From contig CAZXEQ010000002.1 in assembly GCA_964640155.1 (NCBI GenBank), forward strand, positions 180,001 through 212,000: 32,000 bases of DNA, in the 5' to 3' direction. The notes beneath the pieces were generated by a model. That model had not been told where the DNA came from. It made no database searches and saw only the letters and a list, made by a program, of their open reading frames with translations. Below are positions 7,575-16,357 of the stretch, piece by piece. The stretch is from an uncultured bacterium. GTDB lineage: Bacteria > Auribacterota > JACPWU01. Position 1 is the stretch's first letter, and the number at the start of each line of letters is the position of its first letter. The translations under genes and the position numbers were made by a program.

Positions 7575-9220
7575 AGAACGCGTGTATATTCTTCTAAAGA
7601 TAGGCGCCAGACAGGAATACCGCAAAAACGGTCTCCTTCTGGACATATGGGCTTGGTCCCTGCACGACTTCGAAGACTGCATGGTGGACCGAGATATTCT
7701 CCTATGGTCGGATAAATTGCTCTCACTTGAGCCACTTCATCTTTACAACTGACCCAAATTTCTTCTTGAGCATTGTAACAAAGACGACTGGTCCATTTAT
7801 GATGAAAACTCAAAAGATCTCCTGATTCTTCGAACCGAATGGGGAAAGCATTTGGCAAAAGATAAAGTGCAAATTCTTCTGACACTCCAGAATTCAAAAG
7901 TTGTCCAATCGTTTTCCAAGTCTTTTCCATCACAGATTGAAAATATTCAAAAGCCTGAGGTGTTTTTTCAATGACAATCGGAGCAATAAAGTCTGGTTTT
8001 TCCGTCACAAAATGAGTGGCTAAAATAGGTCGAGAACCCGGAATCATGCGATGTCGCTGATCTTGAGAGTCTGCCGTATGGCTAAGTTTTTTACGAAATG
8101 TAAAATGAGGATGCACCATGGTGCGAGACAATTTACTTAAACTAGTTAAATTTAAGGCTTCCCCTAATAAAGGGTTTCGAGCTGGATCAATGACGCAGCG
8201 AATCGCTTCCTCATCTGATAAAATTTGTTTGCTGACACCCAAAACCGTACGAACCGATTGTGCTAAAACAGCCTCTCCTCTAATTTTGTAATCAACAAGC
8301 TTCGACTTTAAAGACCCCAAATCTTCATCAAATTCTCGAATAAAATTTTTATGACTCCCTTTTTGCCGGATATGAAAATTTGTAAAAACTTCATATTCTG
8401 GCGTTTTCTCCAGAGGAAGCGGATCTTCCATAATTTTTAAAAACTCTGGATCTAGTTTAAGAACTTCTTCAATCATTTTTCCAACCACAAAACGTGTTTC
8501 TAAGGGCGTATCATACTGCTCGCAAAGACGATGATAACGCAGAAGTGTAATCGCACTGATGGTGTGGTAAAGATGTGCATGCGTCGCTACAGGCAAAACA
8601 TATCGTGCGACTTCTTGCTCTTTTTTCTTTAATACAGATTGCCATCTTTTTTCTTCTAATTTCCGAGCAGGAAAAATTCTTTTAAATTCATTCGCAATCG
8701 TCCCACGTACCAACTCCATCAAATGATGATAAGCCTGCATTTGCATTTCAATCGTTTCAAGATAGAGAGCCTTAGCAGATTCTTCCATGGGTGGAATGGT
8801 ATATCGTCCTGCTTTGACTTCAACATAACGCTGACTCACTTGTTCAGAATTATAAAAAGGATGGCTATGTAGAAAAGACCAGATGAATTGTCTTGAAATC
8901 TTATCCAGAACAAATTGGAAGGTCGCATGCTGTAGCGTCGTATGATGCCCTGCCTTGTAAATACTTTCAGCTATCGCATCACGACGAGCCTTTGTCTCGT
9001 CATCCTTAGCTACATCACCCGCTGTAATCACTCGGGAGGAATAACAAGTTCTTGCCGTAGCTACAAAATTGTTATAAGGGTCCTGAAAACTATTTTCTAA
9101 ACGGACAATGGGTTCAGGACTTAAGATCAAAGAGTGTGCCATAGATTTTTTATTTAAAAGTGTTGAATCCAATTCTATCAAAGCTCCAAGATTTTTGGGA
9201 ATTGAGTCAAATTTTGACAT
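7571..9220 (-). CDS. thyX: FAD-dependent thymidylate synthase ThyX, double-length (two ThyX-like modules)
   Basis: The N-terminal module has ...TLQHATFQF...ISRQF...SEQVSQRYV and ARYVLPVATH. The C-terminal module has QDQRHRMIPGS and ALYLLPNAFP....LLSFHHKW..R.C.NAQEEI. The start is uncertain: ATG 9220 overlaps the upstream gene by 43 nt, and the alternative ATG is at 9142. Confidence 0.7.
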   Translation of the reverse strand: MSKFDSIPKNLGALIELDSTLLNKKSMAHSLILSPEPIVRLENSFQDPYNNFVATARTCYSSRVITAGDVAKDDETKARRDAIAESIYKAGHHTTLQHATFQFVLDKISRQFIWSFLHSHPFYNSEQVSQRYVEVKAGRYTIPPMEESAKALYLETIEMQMQAYHHLMELVRGTIANEFKRIFPARKLEEKRWQSVLKKKEQEVARYVLPVATHAHLYHTISAITLLRYHRLCEQYDTPLETRFVVGKMIEEVLKLDPEFLKIMEDPLPLEKTPEYEVFTNFHIRQKGSHKNFIREFDEDLGSLKSKLVDYKIRGEAVLAQSVRTVLGVSKQILSDEEAIRCVIDPARNPLLGEALNLTSLSKLSRTMVHPHFTFRKKLSHTADSQDQRHRMIPGSRPILATHFVTEKPDFIAPIVIEKTPQAFEYFQSVMEKTWKTIGQLLNSGVSEEFALYLLPNAFPIRFEESGDLLSFHHKWTSRLCYNAQEEIWVSCKDEVAQVRAIYPTIGEYLGPPCSLRSRAGTKPICPEGDRFCGIPVWRLSLEEYTRVL

Positions 9221-10299
9221 CCTTTTTCTTTCACCACAACCATATCTTCCAAACGAACCCCTCCTGCATCCATATAATAAAGCCCTGGCTCAACCGTTAC
9301 CACTTGATTTGTCTTTAAAATATTCGAGGCTTGGCTTACACGAGGAGGTTCATGAATATCCAACCCAACGCCATGTCCTGTCCCATGGAAAAAACCTTGA
9401 TAGCGTCCATCCATCATCCCTGAGTGAAATCCTAATTTTTCAAAATGATTTAGAATAGCTTGATGAACTTCACGTCCATCCACTCCTTCTTGAATCATTT
9501 CAATCCCCATTTCCTGTCCTTCCAACACAGCCTGATACATTTTTTTGAGTTTAGGATTGGCTTTACCTTTCACGACGGTTCTCGTCATATCTGCAAAATA
9601 ACGTGTTTTAGAAGAACGAGGAAAAACATCTAATATAATAGATTGATGTGCTTTCAAAGGTCCCGAACCTTCATTGTGAGGATCAACCCCATCGGTTCCA
9701 CAAGCCACAATGGTGTGCTGACCGATACAATCTTCTTCCATCATTCGAACATGCAAAATCTTTCTAATTTTCTCAGAAGTTAAAACTTCATTCTTAAAAT
9801 AGAGTACGTCTCCTCGAATTTCACTTTTCTCAATAACACGAATAGCTTCTTGAACGGCTCTCTCTGTCGCTCTCTGAGCTTCTGTAATCGCCAAAATCTC
9901 TTTTTCACTTTTAACCATACGCTCCGCAAAAAAAGGATCAGGTCTAAACGAAATTTCAAAACCTCTGTTTCTTAAGGGGTCCGCATACTCAATAGGGAAA
10001 TTAGCAGGAACCACAAAAGCTTTAATCCCTTTTTCTTTTAGAAAATGTTCAATCACATCCAGGAGAGAAGCCTTACCTGAAATTTTCGAGGAAAGTTGAT
10101 TCATCATTTGAGAAATAGACAGAACTTCATCTGCTTTTGACTGTATTCTGGCTCTATCGACTTCCAAATCGCTCATGAGTAAATATTTTTTATTTGCCAC
10201 TGAGATAAAAACGAAAGAATCGGGAGCTAGAAACCCTGTTGCATAATAAAGGTTAGAATCTTTTTCGGAATCAGCTATGATCAATTCAGTAGGTTTCAT
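9178..10299 (-). CDS. Xaa-Pro aminopeptidase / M24 family metallopeptidase
   Basis: Creatinase-like N-terminal domain. M24 metal-binding motifs DVFPR..., HGTGHGVGLDIHEPP, VVTVEPGLY, GGVRLEDMVVV. Confidence 0.85.
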   Translation of the reverse strand: MKPTELIIADSEKDSNLYYATGFLAPDSFVFISVANKKYLLMSDLEVDRARIQSKADEVLSISQMMNQLSSKISGKASLLDVIEHFLKEKGIKAFVVPANFPIEYADPLRNRGFEISFRPDPFFAERMVKSEKEILAITEAQRATERAVQEAIRVIEKSEIRGDVLYFKNEVLTSEKIRKILHVRMMEEDCIGQHTIVACGTDGVDPHNEGSGPLKAHQSIILDVFPRSSKTRYFADMTRTVVKGKANPKLKKMYQAVLEGQEMGIEMIQEGVDGREVHQAILNHFEKLGFHSGMMDGRYQGFFHGTGHGVGLDIHEPPRVSQASNILKTNQVVTVEPGLYYMDAGGVRLEDMVVVKEKGCQNLTQFPKILEL

Positions 10300-10326
10300 G
10301 GCTCATTATGATATAATTTTGGCCTT

Positions 10327-10779
10327 ATGCAAATCATCATTCAATTTCTATTTAGTCTATCGCTTCTGGGGTTTATCATCAACCTTATCTTAGGCTATTT
10401 ACAGCTTCATTCTCCTCATTGGACTCCCATTCATATGACTTTAGGGCTAGGTTCCACTTTTATCGGAGTCCTTGTAACGCAAATGTCTACTTCTTACTTT
10501 TTAGGGACTCGTGATCGACTCATTGAAGAAGATCGCTTCAGTAAAATGGCCCCTGAGGTTCTTGAAGAAGCAAAACTTATTAAGAAAAAACTCTTCGCCG
10601 CTTGTGGCCCAGCTATGATTTTTATTTTAATCAATGCTGTTCTTGCAGGTTGCTCTTTTGCAAAAATTATTCCAGCTTTACCTCATCATGTCACTGCTTA
10701 CCTCGTTATCATGTCTCATGCACGAGCATTTCAAGCGACACTTATCTTTCATCGATTCAGGAAACGTCTTTTCGAATAA
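10327..10779 (+). CDS. Hypothetical integral membrane protein (about 4 TM, several His)
   Basis: Hydrophobic segments only, no recognisable family. The 3' end overlaps the convergent gene by 23 nt. Confidence 0.5.
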   Translation: MQIIIQFLFSLSLLGFIINLILGYLQLHSPHWTPIHMTLGLGSTFIGVLVTQMSTSYFLGTRDRLIEEDRFSKMAPEVLEEAKLIKKKLFAACGPAMIFILINAVLAGCSFAKIIPALPHHVTAYLVIMSHARAFQATLIFHRFRKRLFE

Positions 10780-11545
10780 TAACTTTAAAACGACGAGGAA
10801 AAACAAGATCTCTTTGATCCTTGGGGATGAATTCAAGTCCTTGTATAAATTCTAGAAAACGCAATTGAATGGCATAACCCATTAAATCTTCACAAAAATC
10901 TAAGAGTTCTTTCCAAATTTGAAGAAGCAAGGGTTCTACTTCTATTCCACTTAATAAAGTAATATCCATGGAAATTTTTCCATGATCTAGAACAACCCCT
11001 CGCTTAAATCGAAAATAACCTTCCAAAGTTTTATCCTTTTGAATTTCATCCCATAGAATGCTTAACCTTCCAAGCCAACTTGCTTGTGCCTTTTCTAAAA
11101 CTTGAGCCAACTCTTCTAAATATTTTTTGGAATGACCTGACAAATGACGAAGAGTTTCCGGAAAGCGCTCATATTGACGGACTGAATTTCTAACCACAAT
11201 ATCATGATGCGTCATCACACCCATAATTTTGGCAAGCTCATGCAAAACAACCGCTGACTGCTCTATAAAAACAATAAAAAAATCCTTTAAACGAACACCT
11301 TGGCTAGGATTAACATCTTTCCCCTGACGATAATCTGCAGCAATTTTTGAAAAAGAATCTCTGGCTGTTTTCATGGACTGAAGAGCTGTCCAACAATCAC
11401 TTAAGATTTTTTCTGTTTTTTTACGTTCCTGCTCCGTAAGATCTGTATCATCTAAAAGTTCATTACCTTGCACAATCAAACGTTGGCCTACTTCAGACAT
11501 CTCTAAATCATCCAAAACTTCAAAGAAAAAAGGATCTTCACTCAT
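10757..11545 (-). CDS. Hypothetical acidic cytoplasmic protein, unknown family
   Basis: Long ORF with no motif I can assign. Its ATG overlaps the stop of the upstream GT87-like gene (ATGAGTGA, 8-nt overlap), implying co-transcription and translational coupling. Confidence 0.6.
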   Translation of the reverse strand: MSEDPFFFEVLDDLEMSEVGQRLIVQGNELLDDTDLTEQERKKTEKILSDCWTALQSMKTARDSFSKIAADYRQGKDVNPSQGVRLKDFFIVFIEQSAVVLHELAKIMGVMTHHDIVVRNSVRQYERFPETLRHLSGHSKKYLEELAQVLEKAQASWLGRLSILWDEIQKDKTLEGYFRFKRGVVLDHGKISMDITLLSGIEVEPLLLQIWKELLDFCEDLMGYAIQLRFLEFIQGLEFIPKDQRDLVFPRRFKVIIRKDVS

Positions 11546-12815
11546 GAGGATCTCCTTTCTGGAAAGTTACAGGTTGATTCAACATCTTTTTCAAAACCGA
11601 AAGATGACAAAACCAAAGCAATAAAGTTGCGAAAAATTTCAAAGAACACATTAAAGTAACAAAAACATTTTTGGGAAGCTGATAACATTCATTTCCTGAG
11701 GTTTGAATAAAAGCCCAAATACAAAATGAGACCAGAATCAAAAACAAAACTCTTTTTGAAAAATGTTCATAAATTAAATATTCCACAAGGTAAAGATAAG
11801 AAAACAATAAAAACATCCCATAATGTTCCCAAGATTTTGCAAGAACCAGTAATGCTGCAACAAAGTAAACTCCGTATTGAATTTCATAAGAAGCTTGATT
11901 CTTCCACGTATAAAAAAATGTCGCTCCTAAAACCAAAAGGCTACACCCAAGAGAAAATCCATAAGCCCAATGAGGATAATCCCCCAAAAATTTTACATAT
12001 TCATTGGATGTTAACAATCGAGAGAAAAATCCAATAAACCCTTGATTACGAATCCATGGGCCTCCCGAAAACTGATCCGGCAAAACTTGAGTAAAAAAAG
12101 TAACGTAAAGATTCCAATCACATTGAGTCAAAGAGATTCCTATGAAAAGAATTAAGAAAGCAAGTGTCGAAAGAAGTAAGCGATATTGTTTCTTAATAAG
12201 AAAAAGAGGAATAAGAATAAGAGGAAAAATCTTAATACTAATGGCCAATGCAATAAAAAATCCTGCGCTGATTTGAGCCTTTTTACGAATAAGAAAAAGA
12301 GCAAAGGCACAAGCGAAAAAAACAAGCGAATTAATTTGACCCATATAAAAAGAATAATAATTTGGAAAAAAAAGAAGCGCCGCCATCATTCCCAATGATG
12401 TGATATCTTTACGCTTATCCAACGACCGATCACTAAAAAAAAGAAGAACTGCACCCCAAGAACACATCAAACTTAATAAGAAAAAAATACACCGAGAAAA
12501 ATCATATGAAAAAGCAGTAAAAGGCATCATCAAAAAAGCCACAAAAGGAGGATAAGCATAAGTCATAACTTGATCAGTGGACTTATTATAAGAAATAGGA
12601 TGAACCCCATAACTTTTTGCTTTTTCTTGATAAAGCGCTCCCGTGTCATACATGGTCATGGCTTCATGTTCGCATAAGAGACGACTTGCTACATAATATT
12701 GGGCAAAATCTTCCCCTTGTTTTGGCCCCAACATGGAGCGAGTCAGATTATACCCCCCATAAACAAGGGTCAGGGCTGCACAAAAAATCCATAAAATTTT
12801 CCTAACATCTGTCAT
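11538..12815 (-). CDS. GT-C fold glycosyltransferase, GT87/DUF2029-like polytopic membrane protein
   Basis: At least 10 TM segments. N-terminal loop GEDFAQYYVASRLL....MYD and YAYPPFVAFLMMPF resemble DUF2029/GT87 mannosyltransferase-like proteins. Confidence 0.65.
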   Translation of the reverse strand: MTDVRKILWIFCAALTLVYGGYNLTRSMLGPKQGEDFAQYYVASRLLCEHEAMTMYDTGALYQEKAKSYGVHPISYNKSTDQVMTYAYPPFVAFLMMPFTAFSYDFSRCIFFLLSLMCSWGAVLLFFSDRSLDKRKDITSLGMMAALLFFPNYYSFYMGQINSLVFFACAFALFLIRKKAQISAGFFIALAISIKIFPLILIPLFLIKKQYRLLLSTLAFLILFIGISLTQCDWNLYVTFFTQVLPDQFSGGPWIRNQGFIGFFSRLLTSNEYVKFLGDYPHWAYGFSLGCSLLVLGATFFYTWKNQASYEIQYGVYFVAALLVLAKSWEHYGMFLLFSYLYLVEYLIYEHFSKRVLFLILVSFCIWAFIQTSGNECYQLPKNVFVTLMCSLKFFATLLLWFCHLSVLKKMLNQPVTFQKGDPHE

Positions 12816-12882
12816 CTTACTGGGCCATTCACATGTTGGTATAGCCCCTTAGGGGTTGTATAAATAGATTTATGTAGGCCAG

Positions 12883-12947
12883 TACTATGAGAAACAAAAT
12901 ATTTTAAGTTTTGATAGCCCCTGTAAGATACTTTGTTTCTCATAGTA
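12883..12947. repeat. 16-bp perfect inverted repeat (20 bp with one mismatch) with 33-nt spacer in a divergent promoter region
   Basis: TACTATGAGAAACAAA (12883-12898) pairs with TTTGTTTCTCATAGTA (12932-12947). It lies between the GT87-like gene (minus) and prmA (plus). Confidence 0.8.
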
Positions 12948-13039
12948 AAACCTTTTTCCTTACTTTAATCTATCATTTCTGTTTAGTAAACCTTGATTTT
13001 GACTTGCCTATTCTAAGACAACTATCGTAAGCTGCGTTC

Positions 13040-13897
13040 ATGATTGAAAAATTTTCTATTCAACTTTCTTGTGAAATTCATACTCCTTCTTTTAGCCTAG
13101 AAGAACTTCCTATCGGACTTCAGTCATGTTCAACAATCGAAGAAAAACTTCATCAAGCCCCTCAACTCAAAATTTATCTTAAAAATAAATCGCAAGCGCT
13201 ACAAATCAAAAAACAACTTCAACAAATCTTTAATTCTAACCTTTCTCATTTTCAAGTCACTGTTTTGCCTTTTTCCCAATGGGCTCATCGCTGGAAAAAA
13301 GGTCTTAAAATATTAAAGATCTCGAAAAATCTGGTCATTAGTCCCAGCTGGTTAAAGCATCGCAAACGTAGAGGAGAAACCATTATTCAAATTGATCCTG
13401 AGATGGCTTTTGGCACAGGGCATCACCCTACAACGTTCATGTGTCTGGAATGGATTTCAAAAAATGCGACTACTTGGGAAAAAATTTGCGATGTAGGATG
13501 TGGTTCAGGGATCCTTGCTATTGCTGCCGTAAAATTAGGAGTCCCAAAAGCCATCGCCATCGATATTGACCTTGAAGCTCTCAAAGCAGCCCGAAAGAAT
13601 ACCGACCTTAATCAAGTAAGGGAGAAAATTTCTTTTAAAAAAGATATTCAAACCCTTTCAAAAAAGAAACAGTACTTTGATGCCGTGTTCGCAAATTTGA
13701 CTGCACGTGATATTCAGACTCATTGGCAAGACATCGCTTCACTGGTCGGACCCCAAGGACAACTTCTGCTCGCAGGCATTGAAGCTTCACAACTTGAATG
13801 GTTTCATCCTTGGCTTCAAAAGCAAAAAGGCTGGATTTTAAAAGATGAAAAACGAGATGGAGATTGGAAAGGATATTTTTTAGAGAAAACGAAATGA
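13040..13897 (+). CDS. prmA: Ribosomal protein L11 methyltransferase
   Basis: IDPEMAFGTGHHPTT, DVGCGSGILAIAAVKLG and the FANL motif are diagnostic PrmA signatures. Confidence 0.85.
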   Translation: MIEKFSIQLSCEIHTPSFSLEELPIGLQSCSTIEEKLHQAPQLKIYLKNKSQALQIKKQLQQIFNSNLSHFQVTVLPFSQWAHRWKKGLKILKISKNLVISPSWLKHRKRRGETIIQIDPEMAFGTGHHPTTFMCLEWISKNATTWEKICDVGCGSGILAIAAVKLGVPKAIAIDIDLEALKAARKNTDLNQVREKISFKKDIQTLSKKKQYFDAVFANLTARDIQTHWQDIASLVGPQGQLLLAGIEASQLEWFHPWLQKQKGWILKDEKRDGDWKGYFLEKTK

Positions 13898-13934
13898 AAA
13901 ATTTTCGACAATTGAATCATATCCTCTTAGATCC

Positions 13935-14540
13935 CTAAGGCCTCTTTTGATTAGAGTTCAAAACAAACTTGTAAAAGACTAATACTGACAAACTTCCTAT
14001 TAAGGCCATCATCATATCCCACTGTGTATCCCAAATGTCTCCCTGAGTACCTAAAAAAGATTCTGCAGCAGAACCCGTAAAACACGCAACAGCCCATTCG
14101 AAAAATTCGTAGCAAGCACTTATAGCAAGGCAAAAGCTCACGACAAAAAAATTAAGCCAACCCCCCTGTTTCACAGGTGATTTTCGAATCAAAATCTCTC
14201 GCATCACCATTGCAGGGACAAAACCTTGAAAGAAATGACCTACACGATCATAATAATTTCGCTTTAAATGAAAGATCTCTTTAAGCCAATTAAAAAAAGG
14301 AACCTCGGCATAGGTGTAATGAGCCCCTATCAGTAAAATCACAGCATGAATTGCTAAAAAGATATATACCCACGCAGTAAACTGAAATCCAGAGTAAGTC
14401 AGAATAAGCACCGGAATCACGATCAGTACCGGCAAAGCTTCAAGAAGCCAAGTAAAGTAATCATGAGGAGTAAGAATGGACCAAATTAAGACAGCTCCAA
14501 CAAGTCCAAGCAAACCCAGATTAAGTTTTGAGTATTTCAC
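13935..14540 (-). CDS. DUF2238/YjdF-like inner membrane protein
   Basis: Polytopic membrane protein with DRVGHFFQGFVP and YEFFEW motifs, as I recall them for the YjdF family. Confidence 0.55.
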   Translation of the reverse strand: MKYSKLNLGLLGLVGAVLIWSILTPHDYFTWLLEALPVLIVIPVLILTYSGFQFTAWVYIFLAIHAVILLIGAHYTYAEVPFFNWLKEIFHLKRNYYDRVGHFFQGFVPAMVMREILIRKSPVKQGGWLNFFVVSFCLAISACYEFFEWAVACFTGSAAESFLGTQGDIWDTQWDMMMALIGSLSVLVFYKFVLNSNQKRP

Positions 14541-14542
14541 TA

Positions 14543-15292
14543 TTACTTTTTCGCTTTTCCTTGGCTGGCTACAGCGGCCATTGCCTTTTCAACCTCTGCA
14601 GGATCTCCTAAATAATAATGCTTAACTGCTTTCAAATTTTGATCCAGCTCATAAACCAGAGGCATTCCTGTTGGAATGTTTGAATGAACAATGTCTTCGT
14701 CCGAGATATTGTCTAAATACTTGACCAAAGCACGTAAAGAATTTCCATGCGCAGCAATAATCACACGCTTTCCTGCTTTAATTTGAGGAACAACAGTCTC
14801 ATTCCAATGAATTAAAACGCGAGCAACCGTATCTTTCAAGCATTCTGTCAAAGGAAGTTCAGATTCTTTCAGATTTTTATAACGTGCATCTTTACCGGGA
14901 TAACGCTCATCTTCTTTAGAAAGTGGTGTAGGAGGAATATCGTAACTTCTTCTCCAAATCAAAACCTGTTCTTCTCCAAATTTTGCGGCCGTCTCAGATT
15001 TATTTAATCCTTGTAGAGATCCGTAATGACGCTCATTAAGTCGCCAAGAATGATGAATAGGAATCCACATCAAATCCATTTCATCTAAAGTCATCCAAAG
15101 TGTGCGAATCGCCCGTTTTAAAAGAGAAGTAAATGCTATATCAAAAACAAAACCCTCTTTCTTTAAAAGTTGTCCTGCCTTTTTTGCTTCTTCCCTACCT
15201 TTTTCTGATAAATCTACATCGGTCCAACCCGTAAATCGATTTTCTTTATTCCAAGTGCTTTCTCCATGTCTTATCAAAACAATTTTTGTCAT
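14543..15292 (-). CDS. gpmA: 2,3-bisphosphoglycerate-dependent phosphoglycerate mutase
   Basis: [14 protein letters not shown] and AHGNSLRAL motifs. I prefer the ATG at 15292 ([10 protein letters not shown]), which has AGGAG 8 nt upstream, over the tracked start at 15310. Confidence 0.9.
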   Translation of the reverse strand: MTKIVLIRHGESTWNKENRFTGWTDVDLSEKGREEAKKAGQLLKKEGFVFDIAFTSLLKRAIRTLWMTLDEMDLMWIPIHHSWRLNERHYGSLQGLNKSETAAKFGEEQVLIWRRSYDIPPTPLSKEDERYPGKDARYKNLKESELPLTECLKDTVARVLIHWNETVVPQIKAGKRVIIAAHGNSLRALVKYLDNISDEDIVHSNIPTGMPLVYELDQNLKAVKHYYLGDPAEVEKAMAAVASQGKAKK

Positions 15293-15406
15293 ATAAAATC
15301 TCCTATTCAATAACCCTTCGAAATGATTGTTTGATCCATAAAAATAACCGCTAAACTTTACAAGAACAGGCTTTCTTCTTCAAGATAAGGATTTAATTTC
15401 ATTGTT

Positions 15407-16351
15407 TTAATGATTCTTTTTATCTTGAACATCAAATTGAAAAGAAAACGGAGTTCTTTTCGACGAAAAAATCGAAGTCTCAAATCTTAAATCATAAAAC
15501 TTAAAACTTTTCAAAGAAGCATCCTTTGAAGCTTCACTATTATTGATCTTTTCCCAAACAGGGGCTTTGAAAAACCATTCTAATTTTTGAACTTTAGGTA
15601 ATTTCTTTAACTTCTGAATTTTAGAATCATTTTCTTCTGTATGCACCAGTTTTTCTAAAACAAGTTTTGAGGTTAAAGGAGAGATCAAAAAAATCTGATA
15701 ATGATCTTTCTCTTTGATCAAACCTTGAAAGCGAATAAATCCTAGAGGTTCTGGAAAAACATAGGTGAGGCTCGGAATTATTTTTTGTTCTTTGATCTTT
15801 TCATTTAATAATTTCTCACTTAGACAATGTCCCGCACCACAAAAAGCAATATAAACAAGCGAAATCAAAACTGAAATACGATAAACCCCTACTTGCAAGG
15901 GCTTTAAAAAAGAAAATCTCGTTAAAACAAAAGGAGATATCAAAATAACCCACCATAGAAAATTAATAACAAACACCCAAGCCAATTCAAAACGATGAAA
16001 ACTCCAAGGGTAGAGCAAAACTACACCATAAGCATTCAATAGATCTAGCGAAATATGAAGCCCCATACCTAACAAACATAATCCTAAACAAACCTTCCAT
16101 GAAAGATTTTTAAACCATCTCTTAAAAACAAACGAAAAAACAAGTCCCATTAAAAATACGCCTAAAAAAGAATGTGTGAACGTTCTGCGAAAAAGAAAAT
16201 AATCTCCTCCCTTCAAAAAAAATGTAAAAACGTCTAAATCAGGAAGATTTGAAGCTAAGGCCAGAACTGTAGTCGTCCCCTTTCCTAGCTTTTGCCTTAA
16301 TCCAGAACGAGCAACAACAATGCCTAATAATGTATGAGTGAGATTATCCAC
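15407..16351 (-). CDS. YdjM/DUF457-like membrane-bound metal-dependent hydrolase with C-terminal extension
   Basis: N-terminal MDNLTHTLLG, conserved His/Asp in TM segments (NLPDLD, THS), followed by a soluble C-terminal region of about 120 aa. Confidence 0.6.
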   Translation of the reverse strand: MDNLTHTLLGIVVARSGLRQKLGKGTTTVLALASNLPDLDVFTFFLKGGDYFLFRRTFTHSFLGVFLMGLVFSFVFKRWFKNLSWKVCLGLCLLGMGLHISLDLLNAYGVVLLYPWSFHRFELAWVFVINFLWWVILISPFVLTRFSFLKPLQVGVYRISVLISLVYIAFCGAGHCLSEKLLNEKIKEQKIIPSLTYVFPEPLGFIRFQGLIKEKDHYQIFLISPLTSKLVLEKLVHTEENDSKIQKLKKLPKVQKLEWFFKAPVWEKINNSEASKDASLKSFKFYDLRFETSIFSSKRTPFSFQFDVQDKKNH

Positions 16352-16357
16352 AACACC

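Noticed and set aside
7091-7597. Tracked ORFs 7091-7372(-), 7231-7470(-) and 7307-7597(+) overlapping the repeat-protein gene.
   Set aside because: These are alternative-frame or antisense readings of the tandem repeat. They lack RBS and signal features, whereas the 7051-7527 frame has RBS, a signal peptide and synonymous-only variation.
10757-10779. A 23-nt overlap of the convergent 3' ends of the membrane-protein gene and the 262-aa gene.
   Set aside because: Short convergent overlaps are common in compact genomes, and I see no structure or motif there.
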